Source: Guillardia theta CCMP2712 (lineage: Eukaryota; Protista; Cryptophyta). Taken from it: DNA of 64,000 bases. The notes below the pieces were generated by a model. That model was not told the origin of the DNA. It saw nothing but the letters and a program-made list of their open reading frames with translations, and made no database searches. This document shows, in pieces, positions 1-11,700 of the stretch (positions are counted from its first letter, which is position 1; the number at the start of each line of letters is the position of its first letter). The stretch lies in the NCBI RefSeq assembly GCF_000315625.1, contig NW_005434616.1:376805-440804 (forward strand), in the 5' to 3' direction. The position numbers and the translations under genes were made by a program.

Positions 1-344
1 TTTTGCCTTTTCCACGTCCCTCCCAAACCCACCGCCGATCCTTCGTTCGCCTCCCTCCGTCCTCCCTCCGTCCTCCCTCCGTCCTCCGTCCTCCGTCCTC
101 CCTCCCTCCTCCCCTCCGTCCCTCCGTCCCTCCGTCCTCCCTCCCTCCTCCCTCCGTCCCTCCCTCCCTCCTGCCTCTGTCCTTCCTCCTCCCTCCGTCC
201 TTCCTCGCCCTTTCTCTCCTCCCTCGTTCCCTCTCCCGCCCTCCCTTGCCCCTCTATCATCGCCCCTCAACTCTCCTCCCTCCTCCTTCTCCCTTCCGTT
301 CTCCCTGGTACCAGCTTCTTCCCTCCCTTTCCTGCCTTCCATGA

Positions 345-2516
345 ATGGTCCGGACGTGGGAGGCGCACACAGCTGCTGTCATCGCCCTCCAGCGAGCGAG
401 CGAGCATGCGAACCTTCTTGCGAGCGGGTCCAAGGACCATGCATGCAAGATCTGGGACATTGAAGCAAGCACGGCCATCAACACCATCCGAGGACACCAA
501 GGAAGCTTGCTTGCTTGTTTGCTGCTCGCTGGGCCCTGACGGGAGGAGGCAGGGGCTGTGCGATCCATCTCCTTCTCCTCCGATGACAAGCTGGTGTTCA
601 CAGCGGGCGACTCGACGATCAGGATATGGGACAGGTGCCATGCTGCCTGCTGCGCTGCTGCGGGATAACGCGAGAGCAGGGGAAGCAACAAGCAGGTAGG
701 ATGTTTGCTGCCGCATCAGGGGCATGTCACGAGCGTTCAAGTCAGAGATAAGGCAAGCACACGCTGATCTCAGGGTATGAAGCTGACTTCTGTGGTGCAG
801 TACATCGGGAGCACCAAGTACGGCATGCATGTACTCACTTCGTCTCTTGACTGCTCAAGCAAAGTATGGGAGAGGAAGGAGGAAGGGGGGGAAGAGAGGA
901 CAGGAGAGGACAGGAGAGGACAGGAGAGGACAGGCGAGGACAGGCGAGGAGAGGACAGGAGAGGACATCACGGCACAGGGTGGGCGGGGCAGGACAGGAC
1001 AGGAGTGCAATACATGGAGACACGGTGATGAGCCTTGCAGGTATGGGATCTTCGCTCGCGAGTTCCCATCCGAGCATGTCTTGGACACGCAGCTGGCGTT
1101 ACCTCCTCCTGCTTCTCGCCTGATGTACGACATGGTAGCAGCGCCTCTTCCACTCTTCATTTCCAGTTACTTCCCCTCTCTCGCTCCCTCCCTCCCTTAC
1201 TTCCTCTCTCCCTCTCCCTGTCCCTCCCTCTCTTCATCTCCAACTCATCTCTATCTCTCCATTATTCCTCTCCTCCTTCCTCTCTCTTCCCCTCCGTTTC
1301 TCCAACTCCTCACCTCCTTCTCTCTTCCTCCCTTTCCCTCGAGGCTGATGCATCCTGCAGTGGCTTCAGTCAGTCTGGACTCCACGTGCATGTGACCGAC
1401 AGCCAACGCTCTCCTCCTCCTCTCGTTGAGTCCTGACAGGATGTTCGACGTGGCGCATGCTGGGGAGAACGAGCCGCCCTTCACGTACGAGCTGCCATGC
1501 GGGGTATCGCCAGTGAGGAGCAGCAGCAAGGCTCTGACGGCCAGGTGTAGGTGGCGAAGCATCTGCGATCCCTGAAGCTCTCTCGCTCTCCTCTGAATCG
1601 CTGTGGCATTAGCAAGGTCTCGTCCTCGAGCCCTCGCATACTCATGGGTGACTGAGAGGGGCTCGCTCTAGTGCGGTCAGATCCTCGCAACGGCAAGTCA
1701 AGGAGGAGTCGTCGGTCTCACCAAGGTTCTCACCTCCCTCTCTGCATCCAACTTGACATGCCTGCCGCCCAGCTCGGCCCCGACCTGACGACGCACTTCC
1801 CTGCGCATGACGATCAGGTAGCGATCGTGTCCAGCCCGTCGAGCTTCCTCAGAGCTTACCCAGCAAGTGCGTGACCTCTGCTGGAGTGACGATGGCAAGG
1901 AGCTCGTGAGCTGCGGGGGAACGAAAGTGAGAGGACCTTTCGCCTGCTCCCCCTCCTTTGACAACACCCGTTTTCTTCCTCTTTCTCCTATGACTACACC
2001 AGTTCTCCTCCCCCCCCCCCCGCCCCTCCGTCAGTCTGGAACGCTTCTCCTCGCTCCTCCAATCTTTCTGATTCTCATGAGCTGCTGCCCAGCTGCTCCT
2101 CTGGGACCTGCGCGACCTCGTGGATGCCCAGAGCTCAGAAGCCTCGTCCCCAGGAGCACAGACGTACCTCCTCCTCCCTCCTGTCATGTCTGCTGTGACT
2201 TTCGTCCTCGGCCTCCAGGGACCAAACAGTGCAGGATCTCCTGGGCAAGACGAAGCCGTTCGGAGGAGGAGGTCAGTGGCGGGTGGGAGAGCCTCCGAGG
2301 GAGCGGCTGAAGTGCTGCTGGACAAGGAATTTCTTCGAAGCGAGGGGGGAACAGTGGAGATCTGCTGTACTGCTGCGAGATCATCGGGCAGAGCCTTCTT
2401 GGAGGAAGCGAAGACGGTCTGCTCCTGGCCCTCCTCAGATGCGCACAACTCATCTCACCGCAGGGTCCATTATGCTGTGGCACAGGGGGGAGAGCGTAAA
2501 TGACCTTGATCCTTGA
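345..2516 (+). CDS. WD40-repeat protein, 3' portion, multi-exon (5' end probably upstream of the window)
   Basis: Successive exons give WD repeats: 'HTAAVIAL...LLASGSKDHACKIWDI...IRGHQG', 'AVRSISFSSDDKLVFTAGDSTIRIWD', 'HVLTSSLDCSSKVW', 'VWDLRSRVPIRACLGHAAGVTSSCFSPD', 'VRDLCWSDDGKELVSCGG'. Separated by GT-AG introns; last exon GSIMLWHRGESVNDLDP*. Confidence 0.85.
892..967 (+). repeat. ~10-bp (GAGAGGACAG)n intronic tandem repeat
   Basis: About 7 imperfect copies visible inside a WD40 intron. Confidence 0.85.
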
Positions 2517-2570
2517 ACTACAGGCTCAGTGCTAACAAAACTGCTGGCGTCAGGCCGTGCTAGACTGACC

Positions 2571-2606
2571 GTCCTCGTACTGATTTTCAACTTAACTTTG
2601 AGTAAA
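2571..2606 (+). repeat. 36-bp dispersed motif GTCCTCGTACTGATTTTCAACTTAACTTTGAGTAAA, related to the CRE 3' UTR
   Basis: 35/36 identical to 30967-31002; first 23 nt match the minus-strand CRE 3' UTR at 32273-32295 with 2 mismatches. Confidence 0.85.
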
Positions 2607-2717
2607 CAAGACCGGCTTTATCACTGAGCGGCGGGCCCAACCGAGGCTCCCGGGCCTCCTGGCCGGCCCGGGGGGCCGGGACTGCCCCGGGGACGGACTA
2701 GACTCGGGGGTTGGAAC

Positions 2718-3617
2718 TTGAACAGAAAAAAAGCTATACTCTCCTTGACTGGGATGAAGAACGTGTGCAAGAGACTTGGTGTGCATTGGCCGACCCAACG
2801 AGAGCAGCACGAGCTGGAGGAGGAGCGCAAGGCTGGAAGTCTAGAGCAGATTCTGCTTGCTGGGCACGCCAGGGAGGCAGGAGTCACGGATCATACGGAA
2901 CATGCCATGCAAGAGGAGAGCGACGTAGAAGTGATCCATGACTACGAGTTTGATGCAGGAGCTTCAGGCATGGAGATACCTTCAAGCTAGGTGTTGACGC
3001 ACCAACCTCCGACGCTGGCAGCGCGTGGAGATCATACGATGGTGGACGGGGGGAGTTTGACGGGAAGAGGTTTGGTTACAGCTGCCAATCAGGGGGGAAG
3101 CATGGCGAGAGGGCTCATGCAATATGAAAGGGATGGTTGGGCCGAGTCAGGGGGGTCAGGGTCAGGACATTCACGTTGGGAAGACCGAGGGAGAGGAGCT
3201 GGAATAGAAATAGACAGGAGATCGTACTTCGGGGGAGGGCTTAACTTGACACGTCGTACGGAGAGAGGTGGAGCAGGAGGGGAAAGTGGCTGGGGAGGGA
3301 TGGGCGACAGGTCCACATGGTCTGGTCCAGGGCATCTGTTGGGCTCCAAGGCAACGGAAGGGGAGATGATAATGCAGCATGCAGCTGCAAGGTGAAGGGA
3401 GGAAACGGAGGAGTCAGAAGTCACCAGGAAGTTTGGTCTTCGGCTGCAGATCTCTAGAGACGGAGAGCTGAGCCTCACTGAGTCATGCAGGAAGCTCTTC
3501 TTCATGTTGAATCGACGCGGCGATGATTATGCGAACAAACTAGTCATCATTGAACCTCAGCACGGTAGGCTCGTCATGATCGTCGACTATCCTATCAGTG
3601 GTTATAAATTTCACTGA
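2718..3617 (+). pseudogene. 5'-truncated, intronless RWP-RK-like relic
   Basis: One reading frame interrupted by TAG (2988-2990) and TGA (3393-3395). The N-terminus 'LSLTGMKNVCKRLGVHWPTQR' resembles the C-terminal half of an RWP-RK domain. Confidence 0.45.
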
Positions 3618-4238
3618 TAACTGAAACTACATGCTCGCCTCATCACACTAACGGTCCCAGCTGGTCGGCGGGAGGCTCCGACTCACGGTGCCTGCCGCTC
3701 AGTGCTGCCGACCGGGCCAGCGGGCCGGCTGCCCGCCGGGAGTCCGCGCGGCTGCACGCCGCTCCGACCCTGCTGCGACCCAGGCTCCGACAATAGGCCT
3801 CCGACCCAGCTAGCAGCACGTGCAGCCACCGAGCCCCACTGCTAGCCTAGCCTCTAGTCAAGTCACTACTGGCCGGGCTGCTGCCCGGCCCCGGCCCGTC
3901 ACGTGGCCGCCCGACCCGACCATCAGTGGGGGGATGAGGGCTACCATTTTCGCGAGACGCATCTGGCATGTCGCGAGTGCCGTGAGAAAGACGTAAGAAG
4001 ATGCCGAGATGAGAAGATGAAGGGCGAGGAGATGAGAAGATGAGATGAGAACACTACAACAAGAGATCAAGATGAAGAGCAGAACAAGGGGAGGAGCACA
4101 ACAAGAGCACAAAGGGAACTGAAGCGAATAGGGGGAAGAAATTGGAACTGAAATGGCATAGAAGACACTGAATTCAAGAAAACTCAAGGGCCAGGTTGTG
4201 GCTGATATCTAGCTGCCTCAAGTGCTCTGGGGTCGATC

Positions 4239-7200
4239 ATGAAGCTTTGGTCGACTTCTCTCTTCATATCAATCCTATCATGGACACTATCAGATGCACT
4301 CTACTCCCATCAGGAGCTCGCTTCGATCCCCACCACCCGTCCTCTGATCTCATCCTTGTCGGTGCCGAGCTGTTGTCATGATGCCCTTGTGGTCCTTCGG
4401 CAATGTTCTCCTCTGCGCCTTGCCGGAGGGAAAGAGAAGAAGGTTAGAAATCCTCAATGAACTTTGCTGGTGAAGTAGCCCTGACGGAAGTTACAGTTGA
4501 GCAAGCTCACAAAGCGGCGCATGAAGATGGTGATGTTTCTGTTTGGGGGGTCAAGTTTTTCATCTGATATGGCTGCAGGAATCAAGAAGAGCGGCTAAAC
4601 GAGAGCGAAGGGAAGCGAAGGGCGCTTCGAGCTCGGAATGGGACTCGGGTTCGGATGAAGGTTGGCAGGAGGGGTCGGTGGAGGCGTCATCAGGTAGCTG
4701 TCTGCGCTAGCATGCGGTCGGCCCTGCTTCTTACCTTGAGTGCTGCAGAGGGGTCTGATCCACGGATCGGGAATGGAGAACAGGAGGAGCCAGAGCCGGA
4801 AGAAGAGAGAAAGCAACGAAGAGATGTTGGAGACAACAAGAGAAAGGGTGTGAAAGCTTTCTCTCCTCATGTCGCTGGTACTGTTTCTTCCTGCCAGGAA
4901 ACTTGGTGAGATGTTGGCGATCAGGGAAGAAGCCAAGTGAAGAAACGTTTGACTGGCGAGTCTACCAATGGGAGGACGACAAGGCCACAACTCGACTGGA
5001 TCATGTGATGCAGCTGAAATCTCTGATGATCGTCAATCCCTCATATCATCTGCTTTCTGCATCTGTGGAGTCGAAAGCGTCTGACGACGTACGCAGCTCC
5101 GAACGAAACAAGAAATCCTGATGGATCGCAGCGCGATGGTGAGTTTTTGTTGCAAACAAGTTGCTTTGTGGGTTTGATGACAATCAAGGGCTGGAAATTC
5201 GCCGCCGAAAACATGGAAGATCGGAGGAAGGAGAAGCAGAAGAAGAAAGGCGACAAGAGTCAAGCAAAAGACCATGCCGATGACGGTTGTGTCTGACCAC
5301 CACGAGCTTGTAAGTGATACGAGTTGCAGGAGAGCAAGGGGAAGAGGAGGGGGAAGAGGGGGAGGACCAGGTTGAAAGGGCCTCGGAGGTCCTAAAGAAG
5401 CACAAAAGGCTCACGAAGAGGAAGAGGAAGGAGCTAGAAAAGCTTGAAGAGCTGAAGAAGTGAGACCATCCTATCACATCTGATTCTCCATCTCATCAAG
5501 GCCACAGGGCAAACCAGATGCAAAAGGGGATCCGGCCCTCGGACATGTATCCATGTAGTGCAGTGATGACGTCACGCCATTCTCTAACTTGCAAGCAGCT
5601 TCAGAGAGCCATGGTAGGGTTGGAACACAGAAGAGAGAAGACAACCTCTTCCATATCCCCGCGAAAGGCCAAATGGTAGGAGAGTGTACAATGCTGATTG
5701 CGGTGATGGATCGGTTGATGGATATCAGGAAGTAGAAGATCGGGAACAGATCGTCAAACATATTGCGGTCCTAGATTTCATTCTATAAGGTTTTCTCTCT
5801 GCTAAACGATTTGGTATAGAAGGATGAAGCTGAACGAAAGAAGCAACGAACGCTCAAGCTAAGAAAGCGAGCTTGTGCGTGAATTTCAATCTTTTGATCG
5901 AGCACCCCTTTCTATCCCCTGCTTCCACTTCCTCCTTTCCTCTTCCGCTTCATCGTTTTCGTCCCTTCAACCCCTTGTTCCTTCTCATGAAACTTCTGTC
6001 TTGGTTCTCTCTCACTGACCTTCTTCCTCTTCTTCCCTTGCAGTGGAAAGAATTCTCATGGAAGAGAAAGAGAAGAAAGCTCGAGGAAGGGGAGTCATCT
6101 ACATCGGTCATATCCCCCATGGATTTTACAAGGAACAACAGTACCAGGTTCTCCCCCTCTTCCATAATCTAACATTGTCTTTACATCTCCTTTTCTTATT
6201 CCCATATATTTTTTCCTGCCTGTGTCTCCTTGCACGTTTCCCTTCTTCGATCCTTCCAGCTTCAGACCCTTTCTCCTCACTCTCCTGTCTCGACCCTTTT
6301 GCTTTTCATCTGTCCCTTGTTCCCATGTTGCCTGATTGCACTTTTGCATCTGATTCTTCACTCTGGCAGTTTTTCTCTCAGTACGGCAAAGTGACCAGGC
6401 TAAGACTTGCTCGAAGTCTGTGCTGCAGTGCTCTTGAAATCTGTTTACATTCTTTCTTCTTTCCCCTACAGATAGGAAGACAGGAGCGTATAAGGGATAT
6501 GGTTGGGTAGAGTTTGATGACGCAGCTGTGGCACATGAGGTGATGAATCCACTTCTCCTCCTTCCCGCCTACAACCAATCTTCCTCCTCCTCCTCCTCCT
6601 CCTCCTCCTCCTCCTCCTCCTCCTCCTCCTCCTTTGCCTCTCATCATCATGATGATCATCATCGCTGTCTTTCCCTTTCTTGTTTTTTTTTGGTTGCCAT
6701 CATGATCAATCTCGTCCTTGTCCTCTTCCTCGACCTGTCCTTCTCCATACCCTCCTTGTTCTCCTCCTCCTCTCCCTCCTTATGTGTATGCTTATCATGC
6801 TCCTGCACGTCTCTGCCTCTGGTCTTCCTTCGTCTTCCTCCTTCCCAACCTTCCTGGCCTTGCACGCCATCAAGAATTTGACCGCAGATGGCGGAGAAGT
6901 TCAACAAATATAACGTGCATGGCAAGAGTCTACAGTGAGGAGACTGGTCAACACTCTTCAACCCTCTTATCACCTGCTCCTTGCAGCATCCACGTCGTTC
7001 CAAACGATCAAGTCCACCCCGAACTCTTCCGGAATTGCGAGCGCGACTTTGTCAAGGTGAGGAAGGGACTGATATACTTCCTTTCGGCAAGGGACAGAGT
7101 TGAAGAGTGGTTGTTCCGAACCTCTTGCTCTCAGCAGCACCTTCGCTCTCTTCTCCATCGCTGCTGCTCCTCGGCCATGGTCAACTGACGGTGTACTGCA

Positions 7201-7829
7201 GGTCAACACTCCCCAAAGGATCCGGCAGAGAGAAAGCCGGTAAGCTCGCGCCTGCTGTTTCAGACCTCCTCCTCATCCGTGGGTTCAGGTCGAAGACTCT
7301 GATCCAGAAGATCAAGGCTCTCAAGCGGCAGCTGCAGAAAGCGGTTCGAAGTCCTCTCTTTCTCTCGCTATTACTTCCCATCCTTCTCCAATGTGGCTAT
7401 CTACTCTTGTCCCGTACTGCCGTGTCCTGTGCCTTCCCGTCCTGTCCTGTCCTCCTCTCTCCTCGCTTCCTCTCCTCGTCTCCTCACCTCTCTAATGCTC
7501 TTACTGAGCAGGCGCTTGCACAACGGCAGTTACTTCGCCGCATTTCCAAGAAAAGTGCGGACAACATTCTGGTGGGCCCCCGCTCCTCAAGGCTACTTGC
7601 TGATATGCAGCAGTTCAAGTCACAGAAGGAGGAGGGTGAGGCGTTTATCTCGGACATTAAGCAGCAAATCCTCGACCTTAGCAGGCGGCGTTCCAAACTT
7701 CGGGTTCCTCCTCCTCCCTCTCCGTCGCACGACCTCACCCCCCCGCAGGTCAAACATGGCCTCGAGGACGGGCTCGTCACCCTCGGCCGCATGTTTCGCA
7801 TCTACGGCAGGGAGATCAGATCGACTTGA
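4239..7829 (+). CDS. NOP15: Nop15/NIFK-like RRM ribosome-biogenesis protein with an N-terminal signal peptide/leader, many exons
   Basis: Exons 'GRGVIYIGHIPHGFYKEQQYQ' / 'FFSQYGKVTRLRLARS' / 'EFDDAAVAHE' / 'VAEKFNKYNVHGK' / 'IHVVPNDQVHPELFRNCERDF' match the NIFK/Nop15 RRM. The first exon MKLWSTSLFISILSWTLSDA...LRLAGGKEKK is linked by inference through charged exons. Confidence 0.75.
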
Positions 7830-7849
7830 AGGTCGTCCGAGTGACTTGA

Positions 7850-8620
7850 AGCCTGAGCCGGGCCCTTCTTCCTTTGGGTCCTTAGGATGGCTGTAACAAG
7901 TTTTGTTTCAAAGTCCCGGCGATATCAAGAGCCCGACCGTGGCACTCAGTGGGCCCGGTGTGGGTGCCCCCGAGCAAGTTTGCTGGCCCGGCTTCATCCC
8001 GCCCGGCCCGGGCCCAAGTTTGCCGGCCGGGCTTCATTCGATAGTCACAGGCCGCTTGAGGACTGAGAAGTTCAACGGAATTTGCCTCAGACGGTAAAAG
8101 TCATAGTACGTGACGAGTCCGACTGTTCTCTGAAGTGGTGGGGGTCAATACCCATACCCCCTAAATTCATTGATTTGAGTGTATTTTAGACTGGTGGGTA
8201 CGGTAATTGACGGTTCCAGTCGGTTGGTGGGGTACAGCAGATCATGTGATCACCTTGCTAGCTAGAGACACCGGGGCCATTGTTTACTCCAGAGGGTGGG
8301 GGTTACAGCGAACCCACCGCATATCATCATTTTCCTTCTAAACTAATGGGTAGGGTGAATTTCAAAGGGGGTAGGGGTGGTAGAATCTCTGCCTCCACAT
8401 CTGCTCATTTTTCCTGAGGCCAATCCGACCAATTTCCTGCTGCCTTCGGTCCTCGAGTAACCCTCCACCCCCACCCCCCATTTCCTCCACAAATCACCCC
8501 ACCCATTAGACTCAAGTACCCCTCTCCTCCCTTCAGATTTATGCCTCTCAGGCATTTCATGGGTAGGGTCATACACCCTACCCCAGATATCTATGCTTTT
8601 TCTGTATTCACTACCCTTTC
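7850..8620. promoter_or_regulatory. Intergenic CCGG/CTCAGTG GC island followed by a GGGGTA/TACCCC motif cluster (putative promoter module)
   Basis: Dense ccgg/gggccc at 7850-8060 with CTCAGTG at 7945; many gggta/taccc motifs at 8130-8620, directly upstream of the phosphatase gene. The same layout recurs before other genes. Confidence 0.45.
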
Positions 8621-8702
8621 AGTTGGGACGCAGCCACCCCTGCGTTCACTGACACCACCCTCACCCACCACCACGAGCACCCCCTAGTTCCTGCAAAAGC
8701 CG

Positions 8703-11700
8703 ATGCCTCCCTCTCCCGCCATGGTGCCAGGGAAGGCCATGAGGTCGAAGCGAAGGCGGAGGAGATGGAGTTGGAACTTGAGGAGTGTTGACGGGAAGAA
8801 GAGTATGAGATGAGAGAGGAAGCAGCAGGATGGGACTGAATTCTGAATAGTTTAGACGAGGAAGTGCAACGAGTGCGGCATATTGGTCTTTGCCAGTGTT
8901 TCGTTGCACAGCAAGAAGGTGAGAAATATTTTGAAAATACAAGAGTTTACGTATCGGAAGAAGTGATAAAGATTCTGATAGTGATCAATTACCCTCTGTC
9001 AGCAGAGAGTTGGTGTTTGGAAGACAGAATACGGAGAGCATGTTGGAGTATGCAGCTGAGAAGAGCGATGCCATCAGTGATTTTTGCAAAGTGATTGTGA
9101 GGAGCTGATCAAGATTTAAAGCTGCATCTTCTCCTCGATGCAGTTGCTTTGAATAGCAATGGTTAAAGGATGTGATGATCTTTGCAGGATGCCGGTGGTG
9201 TCAAGTTAGGAAGAGGGTTTCGCCAGGGTGGATGTGCATGAAGTTCTGAGGGGATTCACTCCGTTGGGGGCTCCGGAATATGCTTCAGTGAGCTCTTCGA
9301 CGGAAGTTGCGCTTAGACATCGGAAATGTCCGCCTCCGAGACCATCAGGACTACATCGACTGAGACAGTAAGGACAACTTCGAGTGAGGCAGTAAGGACA
9401 ACTTCGAGTGAGGGTGTATCACATGGGAAGCGGCACGACGTGCCATTCGTCAAGGCCAATGGAGTAGATTTGAGCATGTTCGATCTTGAGAAGTAATCTT
9501 GTGCGCTGTTCTGAGTATCTAGACTGACTCTTGTTTTGTTTTCCTCGAAATCAAGTCTGAGCGAAGGGTTGTGGTGTATGTCATGTGAGGGGCCCTTGAA
9601 GTTGTTCTCTCTCGAGATCGGACTCAGGAAGCAACTTCGTGAACAGGTTGCAGACGCGGGTGGCAAAGTATGTTACTTGAACTGCTGGATGCTCCATTGA
9701 GCTGTGATACTGACAAGGTTTGCCATGCAGGTCAGAGCTGAAGTTCGAAAGCGAACTTTCAGCTTGGATGGGCTTGAAGCAGGTAGGACGTGCGTGTAGA
9801 TTCCATGTGGAGCGTTAAGAAGTGCCCGATGCGCAGTATTGGAGAGTTTCTATCTAGAGTCGGGGAACAACTACAGGTGCACGTGGATCGGTTTGGAGGT
9901 GAGAATCTGCAAGGGGTTTATCGTTCCTCTTTACGTTGGCGCCTCAGGAGAACCCTCTCCATCTCGACCAGGGGCTGGAGGTTTCTTTCGTGAAGGTATG
10001 CGTGGTTTACCTTATGCATCGTTTACCTTCTCAGCAAGAAAGCTGATGAATGCCTTTGTTACATTAGGAGAGCTGCGAGGACAGTGAGGCCCTGTTTCCG
10101 GAAACCCACGGGAAGTTCTTAAGTTCCTTCAATAGTACGAATGGTGAGACAAAGGCGGAAACGAACCAGGTCAAAGGAGCTCTTGAGACGATCGAGGAGT
10201 CAAAGACGGAGAATGGCGATAGTAGTGAGCATGCTGCGAACAACGACAATGGGCAGAACGAGGCCTCTAGAGCTCCTAAGAGGCCACGAATAGCCACTGA
10301 GGTTCCGATCTTTGCTAAAGATGAACCGACGGAGAAATCTACCGAGGGATCCAAGGACGAAGAATTGGATGCATTGGGCAAGGGCAAGGGAAAGGGCTTG
10401 ATCTCAGTGCACGTGCCACCGTACAATCCTTTCTCCCGCCCACAGTCAGGAGGAGGAACTCCTCTGCACTCTCCTAGCCTGAGGCCCTGTCTCTCTCCCC
10501 TGGGGGTCCGGACTACTTCTTGGAAGCTTGCTTCGCACACAGTCATGTTGAACAGATATCAAGGGACCGTTGAGGACTTCGAGCTCTTGTGGAGGAAGGA
10601 CTCATCCTCCCTACCACTCCATGATGAACTGATGAGCGGCATCTCAAGTGCTCCCCACACTCCTCGCTCCTTCTTGCCGGACACGCCGTCGGGCAACAGC
10701 AATGCGGGGTGGAACTCTCCTTTAGAATCCCCTCGTTCTACTCGCTCAGAGTCGCCGACAGCCAACGGGGAGAAGTTCGGCCGTTCGATGTCCAGCGTGT
10801 ATGTGCGCCGGGCAGAAATGCTATCTTTCGATCTGGACTCTGCGCCGAATCAGCTGGTGGAGGCCCTGCGGTTCTTCGAGATGCCGATACCCGACAAGAA
10901 CAAGCGAGCGTTCGAGTGGGGGAAACAGCCGGTGGAGCAAATGCACGCCCTTGCTCGCTACATAGAGACCGTGGCCAAGGACGTGAGGAAGCTTTGCCTC
11001 GCGGAGCCGCGCTGTGTGCACGTGAAGGCCCCCTGCTACATCCTAGGAGACATCCATGGAAACTTCGCTGACCTAGTGGCGTTTGAGAAGGCTCTGTGGA
11101 GGATCGGCCCGAACCTCTCGCCCGCAAACTTCCTTATGCTGGGAGATTATGTAGACCGTGGCGCCCACTCGGTGGAGGTCGTGGCCTACTTGTTTGCTCA
11201 GAAGCTGATGTGTCCGAGCAAGTTCAAGCTCTTGAGAGGAAACCACGAGACCAGGATACAGAACAGCCACTCGGGGTACAACCCTTGCTTCCGGGACTCG
11301 TGTGAGAAGCACTTTGGGAAGGAGGTCGGGGACTCAGTGTGGGAGTCGGTGAACTTGGTCTTCGATGCTCTCCCGCTGGCCGCCGTCGTCGACCACAACA
11401 TCTTCTGTGTACATGGAGGCATCCCGAGTCCCAGCGTCTTAAGGAAGCATGGAGAGTACGGGTCTGCTTCTCTCATCGCCGAGATCAACAAGATTCCTCG
11501 CGATCTGCCCCAGCCCGATCCCTCGGTGGGAGGGGACCCGCTGGCATGGGATCTGATGTGGAATGATCCAGCTCCCTCCAACTTTCACACGGTGAGTCGC
11601 TAAAGCTTCCCGCCCGCCCTTGCTTGCTCATTTCATCTCCAGCCCCAAGACAACTCGTGGACCGAAGGCTTCGGCCCTAACGTTTCTCGCGGCACGGCTC

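Noticed and set aside
3-344. Pro/Ser/Leu-rich ORFs here and many similar antisense or overlapping ORFs in the track
   Set aside because: They arise from CCT/GGA-rich introns or stop-poor antisense frames of real exons
2988-3395. In-frame TAG/TGA as evidence for stop-codon reassignment or selenocysteine
   Set aside because: Conserved genes in the window use the standard code, and two different stops in a truncated frame fit decay
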